This document shows positions 33,101 through 46,934 of a stretch of 64,000 nt of DNA, piece after piece. The stretch is from Heterodontus francisci (Eukaryota). A model generated the notes under the pieces. The model ran no database searches, was not told the origin of the DNA, and saw only the letters and a program-made list of their open reading frames with translations. The stretch spans positions 124,729,593 to 124,793,592 of the forward strand of contig NC_090378.1 in the NCBI RefSeq assembly GCF_036365525.1, written 5' to 3'. Both the position numbers and the translations under genes were made by a program. The stretch's first letter is position 1. Each line of letters opens with the position of its first letter.

Positions 33101-36100
33101 TATATATAATATATAATAATGGACACACAGTCCCACCTCCTGTATTGACACATCCCACAGTTATATATAATAAATAATAATTGACACACAGTCCCACCTC
33201 CTGTAATGACACATCCCACAGTTATATATAATATATAATAATGGACACACAGTCCCACCTCCTGTACTGACACATCCCACAGTTATATATAATAAATAAT
33301 AATGGACACACAGTCCCACCTCCTGCACTGACACATCCCAAAGTTATATATAATATATAATAATGGACACACAGTCCCACATCCTGCACTGACACATCCC
33401 ACAGTTATATATAATAAATAATAATGGACAGACAGTCCCACCTCCTATACTGACACATCCCACAGTTATATATAATATATAATAATGGACACACAGTCCC
33501 ACATCCTGTACTGACACGTCCCACAGTTATATATAATATATAATAATGGACACACAGTCCCACCTCCTGTAATGACACATCCCACAGTTATATATAATAT
33601 ATAATAATGGACACACAGTCCCACATCCTGCACTGACACATCCCACAGATATATATAATAAATAATAATGGACACACAGTCCCACCTCCTATACTGACAC
33701 ATCCCACAGTTATATATAATATATAATAATGGACACACAGTCCCACATCCTGCACTGACACATCCCACAGTTATATATAATAAATAATAATGGACACACA
33801 GTCCCACCTCCTATACTGACACATCCCACAGTTATATATAATATATAATAATGGACACACAGTCCCACATCCTGTACTGACACGTCCCACAGTTATATAT
33901 AATAAATAATAATGGACACACAGTCCCACCTCCTATACTGACACATCCCACAGTTATATATAATATATAATAATGGACACACAGTCCCACATCCTGTACT
34001 GACACGTCCCACAGTTATATATAATATATAATAATGGACACACAGTCCCACATCCTGTACTGACACGTCCCACAGTTATATATAATATATAATAATGGAC
34101 ACACAGTCCCACATCCTGTACTGACACGTCCCACAGTTATATATAATATATAATAATGGACACACAGTCCCACCTCCTGTAATGACACATCCCACAGTTA
34201 TACATAATATGTAAAAATGGACACACAGTCCCACCTCCAGTACTGACACATCCCACAGTTATATATAATATATAATAATGGACACACAGTCCCACCTCCT
34301 GCAATGACACATCCCATATTTATATATAATATATAATAATGGACACACAGTCCCACATCCTGGACTGACACATCCCACAGTTATATATTATATATAATAA
34401 TGGACACACAGTCGCACCTCCTTTACTGACACGTCCCACAGTTATATATAATATATAATAATGGACACACAGTCCCACCTCCTGTACTGACACGTCCCAC
34501 AGTTATATATAATATATAATAATGGGCACACAGTCCCACCTCCAGTCAGGACACATCCCACAGTTATATATAATATATTATAATGGACAAACAGTCCCAC
34601 CTCCTGCACTGACATACCCCACAGTAATATATAATATATAATAATGGACACACAGTCCCACCTCCTGTCATGACATATCCCACAGTTATATATAATATAT
34701 AATAATGGACACACAGTCCCACCTCCTGTACTGACACATCCCTCAGTTATATATAATATACAATAATGGACACACAATCCCACCTCCTGTAATGACACAT
34801 CCCACAGTTATATATAATATATAATAATGGACACACAGTCCCACCTCCTGTACTGACACATCCCTCAGTTATATATAATATACAATAATGGACACACAAT
34901 CCCACCTCCTGCAATGACACATCCCACAGTTATATATAAAATATAATGATGGACACACAGTCCCACCTCCTGTACTGACACATCCCACAGTTATATATAA
35001 TAAATAATAATGGACACACATTCCCACCTCCTGTACTGACACATCCCACAGTTACATATAATTTATAATAATGGACACAAAGTCCCACCTCCTGTACTGT
35101 CACATCCCACAGTTATATATAATATAATATAATGGACAGACAGTCCCACCTCCTGCACTGACATACACAACAGTAATATATAATATATAATAATGGACAC
35201 ACAGTCCCACCTCCTGTGATGACACATCCCACAGTTATATATAATATATAATAATGGACACACAGTCCCACCTCCTGTACTGACACATCCCACAATTATG
35301 TATAATATATAATAGTGGACACACTGTCCCACCTCCTGTAATGACATATCCCACTGTAATATATAATATATAATAATGGACACACAGTCCCACCTCCTGT
35401 GCAGACACATTCCACAGTGAGATATAATATATAATAATGGACACACAGGCCCACCTCCTGTACTGACACATCCCACAGTTATATATAATTTATAATAATG
35501 GACACAAAATCCCACCTCCTGTACTGACATAATGCACAGTTATATACAATATATAATAATGGACACACAGTCCCAACTCCTATACTGACATATCCCACTT
35601 TAATATATAATATATAATAATGGACACACCGTTCCACCTCCTGTCCAGACAAATCCCACAGTTATGTATAATATATTATAATGGACAGACAGTCCCACCT
35701 CCTGTACAGACACATCCCACAGTTATATATAATATATAATAATGGACAGACAGTCCCACATCCTGTACTGACACATCCCACAATTATATATAATACATAA
35801 TAGTGGACAGACAGTCCCACCTCCTGCAATGACATATCCCACATTTATACATAATATATAATAATGGACACACAGTCCCACCTCCTGTAATGACACATCC
35901 CACAGTTATATATAATATATAATAATGGACATGCAGTCCCACCTCCTGTACTGACACATCCCACAGTTATATATTATATATAATAATGGACATGCAGTCC
36001 CAAATCCTGGACTGACACATCCCACAATTATATATAATACATATTAGTGGACACACAGTCCCACCTCCTTTTCTGACACATCCCACAGTTATATATAATA

Positions 36101-37249
36101 TATAATAATGGACATGCAGTCCCACCTCCTGTAATGACACATCCCACAGTTATATATAATATATAATAATGGACACACAGTCCCACCTCCTGCAATGACA
36201 CATCCCAGAGTTATATATAAAATATAATAATGGACAAACGGTCCCACATCCTGTACTGACACATCCCACAGTTATATATCATATATAATAATGGAAACAA
36301 AGTCCCACCTCCTGTACTGACACATCCCACAGTTATATATAATAAATAATAATGGACACACATTCCCACCTCCTGCACTGACACATCCCACAGTTATACA
36401 TAATATGTAAAAATGGACACACAGTCCCACCTCCTGTACTGACACTTCCCACAGTTACATATAATTTATAATAATGGACACAAAGTCCCACCTCCTGTAC
36501 TGTCACATCCCACAGTTATATATAATATAATATAATGGACAGACATTCCCACCTCCTGCACTGACATACACAACAGTAATATATAATATATAATAATGGA
36601 CACACAGTCCCACCTCCTGTGCAGACACATCCCACAGTTATATATAATATATAATAATGGACACACAGTCCCACCTCCTGTGCAGACACATCCCACAGTT
36701 ATATATAATATATAATAATGGACACACAGTCCCACCTCCTGTGCAGACACATCCCACAGTTATATATAATATATAATAATGGACACACTGTCCCACCTCC
36801 TGTAATGACATATCCCACTGTAATATATAATATATAATAATGGACACACAGTCCCACCTCCTGTGCAGACACATTCCACAGTTATATATAATATATAATA
36901 ATGGACACACAGGCCCACCTCCTGTACTGACACATCCCACAGTTATATATAATTTATAATAATGGACACAAAGTCCCACCTCCTGTACTGACATCATGCA
37001 CAGTTATATATAATATATAATAATGGACACACAGTCCCACCTCCTATACTGACATATCCCACTGTAATATATAATATATAATAATGGACACACAGTCCCA
37101 CCTCCCGCACTGACACATCCCACAGTTATGTATAATATATTATAATGGACAGACAGTCCCACCTCCTGTACAGACACATCCCACAGTTATATATAATATA
37201 TTATAATGGACAGACAGTCCCACCTCCTGTACAGACACATCCCACAGTT

Positions 37250-40100
37250 ATGTATAACATATTATAATGGACAGACAGTCCCACCTCCTGTACAGACACA
37301 TCCCACAGTTATATATAATATATTATAATGGACAGACAGTCCCACATCCTGTACTGACACATCCCACAATTATATATAATACATAATAGTGGACAGACAG
37401 TCCCACCTCCTGCAATGACATATCCCACATTTATACATAATATATAATAATGGACACACAGTCCCACCTCCTGTAATGACACATCCCACAGTTATATATA
37501 ATATATAATAATGGACATGCAGCCCCACCTCCTGTACTGACACATCCCACAGTTATATATTATATATAATAATGGACATGCAGTCCCAAATCCTGGACTG
37601 ACAAATCCCACAATTATATATAATATATAATAGTGGACACACAGTCCCACCTCCTGTACTGACACATCCCACAGTTATATATAATATATAATAATGGACA
37701 TGCAGTCCCACCTCCTGTACTGACACATCCCACAGTTATATATTATATATAATAATGGACATGCTGTCCCAAATCCTGAACTGACACATCCCACAATTAT
37801 ATATAATATATAATAATGGACATACAGTCCCACCTCCTGTACTGACGCATCCCACAATTATATATAATATATAATAGAGGAAACACAGTCCCACCTCCTC
37901 TAATGACATATCCCACTGTAATATATAATAAATAATAATGGACACACAGTCCCAACTCCTCTTCTGACATATCCCACAGTAATATATAATATATAATAAT
38001 GGACACACAGTCCCACCTCCTGTATTGACACGTCCCACAGTGATATATGATGTAAAATAATGGACACACAGTCCCAACTCCTCTTCTGACATATCCCACA
38101 GTAAGATATGATATATAATAATGGACACACAGTCCCACCTCCTGCACTGACACGTCCCACAGTTATATATAATATATAATAATGGACACACAGTCCCACC
38201 TCCTGCACTGACATACCCCACAGTTATATATTATATATAATAATGGACACACAGTCCCACCTCCGTCACTGACACATCCCACAGTTATGTATAATAATGG
38301 ACACTCAGTCCCACCTCCTGTACTGACACGTCCCACAGTTATATATAATATATAATAATGGACACACAATCCCACTTACTGTAATGACACGTCCCACAGT
38401 TATATATAATACATAATAATGGACACACAGTCCCACCTCCTGCAATGACACATCCCATAGTTATATAAAACATAAAATATTGGACACACAGTCCCACATC
38501 CTGTACTGACACATCCCACAGTTATATATAATTTATAATAATGGACACAAAGTCCCACCTCCTGTACTGACATCATGCACAGTTATATATAATATATAAT
38601 AATGGACACACAGTCCCACCTCCTATACTGACATATCCCACTGTAATATATAATATATAATAATGGACACACCGTTCCACGTCCTGTCCAGACACATCCC
38701 ACAGTTATGTATAATATATTATAATGGTCAGACAGTCCCACCTCCTGTACAGACACATCCCACAGTTATATATAATATATAATAATGGACAGACAGTCCC
38801 ACATCCTGTACTGACACATCCCACAATTATATATAATACATAATAGTGGACAGACAGTCCCACCTCCTGCAATGACATATCCCACATTTATACATAATAT
38901 ATAATAATGGACACACAGTCCCACCTCCTGTAATGACACATCCCACAGTTATATATAATATATAATAATGGACATGCAGCCCCACCTCCTGTACTGACAC
39001 ATCCCACAGTTATATATTATATATAATAATGGACATGCATTCCCAAATCCTGGACTGACAAATCCCACAATTATATCTAATATATAATAGTGGACACACA
39101 GTCCCACCTCCTGTACTGACACATCCCACAGTTATATATAATATATAATAATGGACATGCAGTCCCACCTCCTGTACTGACACATCCCACAGTTATATAT
39201 TATATATAATAATGGACATGCTGTCCCAAATCCTGAACTGACACATCCCACAATTATATATAATATATAATAATGGACATACAGTCCCACCTCCTGTACT
39301 GACACATCCCACAATTATATATAATATATAATAGAGGAAACACAGTCCCACCTCCTCTAATGACATATCCCACTGTAATATATAATAAATAATAATGGAC
39401 ACACAGTCCCAACTCCTCTTCTGACATATCCCACAGTAATATATAATATATAATAATGGACACACAGTCCCACCTCCTGTATTGACACGTCCCACAGTGA
39501 TATATGATATAAAATAATGGACACACAGTCCCAACTCCTCTTCTGACATATCCCACAGTAAGATATGATATATAATAATGGACACACAGTCCCACCTCCT
39601 GCACTGACACGTCCCACAGTTATATATATAATATAATAATGGACAGACCGTCCCACCTCCTGTACTGACACATCCCACAGTTATATATAATGTATTATAA
39701 TGGACAGACAGTCCCACCTCCTGCACTGACATACCCCACAGTTTTATATTATATATAATAATGGACACACAGTCCCACCTCCGTCACTGACACATCCCAC
39801 AGTTATGTATAATAATGGACACTCAGTCCCACCTCCTGTACTGACACCTCCCACAGTTATATATCATATATATGAAGGAAACACAGTCCCACCTCCTGTA
39901 CTGACACATGCCACAGTTATATATAATATATAATAATGGACACACAATCCCACTTCCTGTAATGACACGTCCCACAGTTATATATAATACATAATAATGG
40001 ACACACAGTCCCACCTCCTGCAATGACACATCCCATAGTTATATAAAACATAAAATATTGGACACACAGTCCCACATCCTGTACTGACACATCCCACAGT
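37250..40100. repeat. 24-monomer (1,457-bp) duplicated block containing a 54-bp monomer and the most diverged units of the window
   Basis: The offset 1,457 equals 24 x 61 - 7 (ORFs 37675/39132, 37797/39254, 37900/39357). The 54-bp monomers are at 38245-38298 and 39763-39816. Confidence 0.85.
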
Positions 40101-43100
40101 TATATATTATATATAATAATGGACATACAGTCCCACCTCCTGCACTGACACATCCCACAGTTATAAATAATATATAATAATGGACACACGGTCCCACCTC
40201 CTGCACTGACACATCCCACAGTTATATATCATATATAATAATGGACACACAGTCCCACCTCCTGTACTGACACATCCCACAGTTATATATAATATATAAT
40301 AATGGACACACAGTCCCACCTCCTGCACTGACACATCCCAAAGTTATGTATAATATATAATAATGGACACACAGTCCCACCTCCGGTACTGACACATCCC
40401 AAAGTTATATATAATATATAATAATGGACACACAGTCCCACCTCCTATATTGACACATCCCACAGTTATATATAATAAATAATAATTGACACACAGTCCC
40501 ACCTCCTGTAATGACACATCCCACAGTTATACATAATATATAATAACGGACAAACAGTCCCACCTCCTGTATTGACACATCCCACAGTTATATATAATAA
40601 ATAATAATGGACACACAGTCCCACCTCCTATACTGACACATCCCACAGTTATATATAATATATAATAATGGACACACAGTCCCACCTCCTGTACTGACAC
40701 GTCCCACAGTTATATATAATATATAATAATGGACACACAGTCCCACCTCCTGTACTTACACATCCCACAGTTATACATAATATGTAAAAATGGACACACA
40801 GTCCCACCTCCTGTACTGACACATCCCACAGTTATATATAATATATAATAATGGACACACAGTCCCACCTCCTGCAATGACACATCCCACATTTATATAT
40901 AATATATAATAATGGACACACAGTCCCACATCCTGGACTGACACATCCCACAGTTATATATTATATATAATAATGGACACACAGTCCCACCTCCTTTACT
41001 GACACGTCCCACAGTTATATATAATATATAATAATGGACACACAGTCCCACCTCCTGTACTGACACGTCCCACAGTTATATATAATATATAATAATGGAC
41101 ACACAGTCCCACCTCCAGTCAGGACACATCCCACAGTTATATATAATATATTATAATGGACAAACAGTCGAACCTCCTGCACTGACATACCCCACAGTAA
41201 TATATAATATATAATAATGGACACACAGTCCCACCTCCTGTCATGACATATCCCACAGTTAAATATAATATATAATAATGGACACACAGTCCCACCTCCT
41301 GGACTGACACATCCCTCAGTTATATAGAATATACAATAATGGACACACAATCCCACCTCCTGTAATGACACATCCCACAGTTATATATAATATATAATAA
41401 TGGACACACAGTCCCACCTCCTGCAATGACACATCCCACAGTTATATATAAAATATAATAATGGACAAACAGTCCCACATCCTGTACTGACACATCCCAC
41501 AGTTATATATAATAAATAATAATGGACACACATTCCCACCTCCTGCACTGACACATCCCACAGTTACATATAATTTATAATAATGGACACAAAGTCCCAC
41601 CTCCTGTACTGTCACATCCCACAGTTCTATATAATAAATAATAATGGACACAAAGTCCCACCTCCTGTACTGTCACATCCCACAGTTATATATAATATAA
41701 TATAATGGACAGACAGTCCCACCTCCTGCACTGACATACACAACAGTAATATATAATATATAATAATGGACACACAGTCCCACCTCCTGTGCTGACACAT
41801 CCCACAGTTATATATAATATATAATAATGGACACACAGTCCCACCTCCTGTACTGACACATCCCACAATTATGTATAATATATAATAGTGGACACACTGT
41901 CCCACCTCCTGCAATGACATATCCCACTGTAATATATAATATATAATAATGGACACAGAGTCCCACCTCCTGTGCAGACACATTCCACAGTTATATATAA
42001 TATATAATAATGGACACACCGTTCCACCTCCTGTCCAGACACATCCCACAGTTATGTATAATATATTATAATGGACAGACAGTCCCACCTCCTGTACAGA
42101 CACATCCCACAGTTATATATAATATATAATAATGGACAGACAGTCCCACATCCTGTACTGACACATCCCACAATTATATATAATACATAATAGTGGACAG
42201 ACAGTCCCACCTCCTGCAATGACATATCCCACATTTATACATAATATATAATAATGGACACACAGTCCCACCTCCTGTAATGACAAATCCCACAGTTATA
42301 TATAATATATAATAATGGACATGCAGTCCCACCTCCTGTACTGACACATCCCACAGTTATATATTATATATAATAATGGACATGCATTCCCAAATCCTGG
42401 ACTGACACATCCCTCAATTATATATAATATATATTAGTGGACACACAGTCCCACCTCCTGTACTGACACATCCCACAGTTATATATAATATATAATAATG
42501 GACATGCAGTCCCACCTCCTGTAATGACACATCCCACAATTATATATAATGTATAATAATGGACACACAGTCCCACCTCCTGCAATGACACATCCCACAG
42601 TTATATATAAAATATAATAATGGACAAACAGTCCCACATCCTGTACTGACACATCCCACAGTTATATATCATATATAATAATGGAAACAAAGTCCCACCT
42701 CCTGTACTGACACATCCCACAGTTATATATAATAAATAATAATGGACACACATTCCCACCTCCTGCACTGACACATCCCACAGTTATACATAATATGTAA
42801 AAATGGACACACTGTCCCACCTCCTGTACTGACACATCCCACAGTTACATATAATTTATAATAATGGACACAAAGTCCCACCTCCTGTACTGTCACATCC
42901 CACAGTTATATATAATATAATATAATGGACAGACAGTCCCACCTCCTGCACTGACATACACAACAGTAATATATAATATATAGTAATGGACACACAGTCC
43001 CACCTCCTGTGCAGACACATCCCACAGTTATATATAATATATAATAATGGACACACAGTCCCACCTCCTGTATTGACACATCCCACAGTTATATATAATA

Positions 43101-46036
43101 AATAATAATTGACACACAGTCCCACCTCCTGTACTGTCACATCCCACAGTTATATATAATATAATATAATGGACAGACAGTCCCACCTCCTGCACTGACA
43201 TACACAACAGTAATATATAATATATAATAATGGACACACAGTCCCACCTCCTGTGCAGACACATCCCACAGTTATATATAATATATAATAATGGACACAC
43301 AGTCCCACCTCCTGTCAGGACACATCGCACAATTATGTATAATATATAATAGTGGACACACTGTCCCACCTCCTGTAATGACATATCCCACTGTAATATA
43401 TAATATATAATAATGGACACACAGTCCCACCTCCTGTGCAGACACATTCCACAGTTATATATAATATATAATAATGGACACACAGGCCCACCTCCTGTAC
43501 TGACACATCCCACAGTTATATATAATTTATAATAATGGACACAAAGTCCCACCTCCTGTACTGACATCATGCACAGTTATATATAATATATAATAATGGA
43601 CACACAGTCCCACCTCCTATACTGACATATCCCACTGTAATATATAATATATAATAATGGACACACCGTTCCACCTCCTGTCCAGACACATCCCACAGTT
43701 ATGTATAATATATTATAATGGACAGACAGTCCCACCTCCTGTACAGACACATTCCACAGTTATATATAATATATAATAATGGACAGACAGTCCCACATCC
43801 TGTACTGACACATCCCACAATAATATATATTACATAATAGTGGACAGACAGTCCCACCTCCTGCAATGACATATCCCACATTTATACATAATATATAATA
43901 ATGGACACACAGTCCCACCTCCTGTAATGACACATCCCACAGTTATATATAATATATAATAATGGACATGCAGCCCCACCTCCTGTACTGACACATCCCA
44001 CAGTTATATATTATATATAATAATGGACATGCAGTCCCAAATCCTGGACTGACACATCCCACAATTATATATAATATATAATATTGGACACACAGTCCCA
44101 CCTCCTCTAATGACATATCCCACTGTAATATATAATAAATAATAATGGACACACAGTCCCACCTGCTCTTCCGACATATCCCACAGTAATATATAATATA
44201 TAATAATGGACACACAGTCCCACCTCCTGTACTGACACGTCCCACAGTGATATATGATATAAAATAATGGACACACAGTCCCAACTCCTCTTCTGACATA
44301 TCCCACAGTAAGATATGATATATAATAATGGACACACAGTCCCACCTCCTGCACTGACACGTCCCACAGTTATATATATAATATAATAATGGACAGACCG
44401 TCCCACCTCCTGTACTGACACATCACACAGTTATATATAATATATTATAATGGACAGACAGTCCCACCTCCTGCACTGACATACCCCACAGTTATATATT
44501 ATATATAATAATGGACACACAGTCCCACCTCTTGTACTGACACGTCCCACAGTTATATATCATATATATGAAGGAAACACAGTCCCACCTCCTGTACTGA
44601 CACATGCCACAGTTATATATAATATATAATAATGGACACACAATCCCACCTCCTGTAATGACACGTCCCACAGTTATGTATAATACATAATAATGGACAC
44701 ACAGTCCCACCTCCTGCAATGACACATCCCATAGTTATATAAAACATAAAATATTGGACACACAGTGCCACATCCTGTACTGACACATCCCACAGTTATA
44801 TATTATATATAACAATGGACACACAGTCCCACCTCCTGGACTGACACATCCCACAGTTATAAATAATATATAATAATGGACACACGGTCCCACCTCCTGC
44901 ACTGACACATCCCACAGTTATATATCATATATAATAATGGACACACAGTCCCACCTCCTGCACTGACACATTCCACAGTTATATATAATATATAATAATG
45001 GACACACAGTCCCACCTCCTGTACTGACACATCCCACAGTTATATATAATATATAATAATGGACACACAGTCCCACCTCCTGCACTGACACATCCCACAG
45101 TTATATATAATATATAATAATGGACACACAGTCCCACATCCGGTACTGACACGTCCCACAGTTATATATAATATATAATAATGGACACACAGTCCCACCT
45201 CCTGCACTGCAACATCCCACAGTTATATATAATATATAATAATGGACACACAGTCCCACCTCCTGTACTGACACATCCCACAGTTATATATAATATATAA
45301 TAATGGACACACAGTCCCACCTCCTATATTGACACATCCCACAGTTATATATAATAAATAATAATTGACACACAGTCCCACCTCCTGTAATGACACATCC
45401 CACAGTTATATATAATATATAATAACGGACACACAGTCCCACCTCCTGTATTGACACATCCCACAGTTATATATAATAAATAATAATGGACACACAGTCC
45501 CACCTCCTGTACTGACACATCCCACAGTTATATATAATATATAATAATGGACACATAGTCCCACCTCCTGTACTGACACGTCCCACAGTTATATATAATA
45601 TATAATAATGGACACACAGTCCCACCTCCTGTACTGACACATCCCACAGTTAAACATAATATGTAAAAATGGACACACAGTCCCACCTCCTGTACTGACA
45701 CATCCCACAGTTATATATAATATATAATAATGGACACACAGTCCCACCTCCTGCAATGACACATCCCACATTTATATATAATATATAATAATGGACACAC
45801 AGTCCCACATCCTGGACAGACACATCCCACAGTTATATATTATATATAATAATGGACACACAGTCCCACCTCCTTTACTGACACGTCCCACAGTTATATA
45901 TAATATATAATAATGGACACACAGTCCCACCTCCTGTACTGACACGTCCCACAGTTATATATAATATATAATAATGGACACACAGTCCCACCTCCAGTCA
46001 GGACACATCCCACAGTTATATATAATATATTATAAT

Positions 46037-46768
46037 GGACAAACAGTCCCACCTCCTGCACTGACATACCCCACAGTAATATATAATATATAATAATGGA
46101 CACACAGTCCCACCTCCTGTCATGACATATCCCACAGTTATATATAATATATAATAATGGACACACAGTCCCACCTCCTGTACTGACACATCCCTCAGTT
46201 ATATAGAATATACAATAATGGACACACAATCCCACCTCCTGTACTGACACATCCCACAGTTATATATAATATATTATAATGGACAAACAGTCCCACCTCC
46301 TGCACTGACATACCCCACAGTTATATATAATATAGAATAATGGACACACAGTCCCACCTCCTGTCATGACATATCCCACAGTTATATATAATATATAATA
46401 ATGGACACACAGTCCCACCTCCTGTACTGACACATCCCTCAGTTATATAGAATATACAATAATGGACACACAATCCCACCTCCTGTACTGACACATCCCA
46501 CAGTTATATATAATATATTATAATGGACAAACAGTCCCACCTCCTGCACTGACATACCCCACAGTTATATATAATATATAATAATGGACACACAGTCCCA
46601 CCTCCTGTCATGACATATCCCACAGTTATATATAATATATAATAATGGACACACAGTCCCACCTCCTGTACTGACACATCCCTCAGTTATATAGAATATA
46701 CAATAATGGACACACAATCCCACCTCCTGTACTGACACATCCCACATTTATATATAATACATAATAAT
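46037..46768. repeat. Local tetramer (244-bp) higher-order repeat, three copies
   Basis: GGACAAACAG monomers at 46037, 46281 and 46525 are each followed by GTCATGACATATCC, CCCTCAG..AGAATATACAA and ACAATCCC monomers. Confidence 0.9.
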
Positions 46769-46934
46769 GGACACACATTCCCACCTCCTGTGCTGACACA
46801 TCCCACAGTTATACATATTATGTAAAAATGGACACACTGTCCCACCTCCTGTACTGACACATCCCACAGTTACATATAATTTATAATAATGGACACAAAG
46901 TCCCACCTCCTGTACTGTCACATCCCACAGTTAT

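Larger units (their letters stand above)
1..34950. repeat. Variant domain A: irregular higher-order repeat built from an ancestral ~24-28-monomer unit; no length variants
   Basis: Diagnostic variants recur in fixed order: ATGTAAAAAT, CCTGGACT, CCTTTACT, CCAGTCAGGAC, CATACCCC, CCCTCAG..ATACAA, GGAAACAAAG, CCCAAAGTTATGT, CCGGTACT, GCACTGCAAC, AACGG, CTATACT. One full pass through the series runs from about 24032 to 25680 (27 monomers). Confidence 0.85.
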
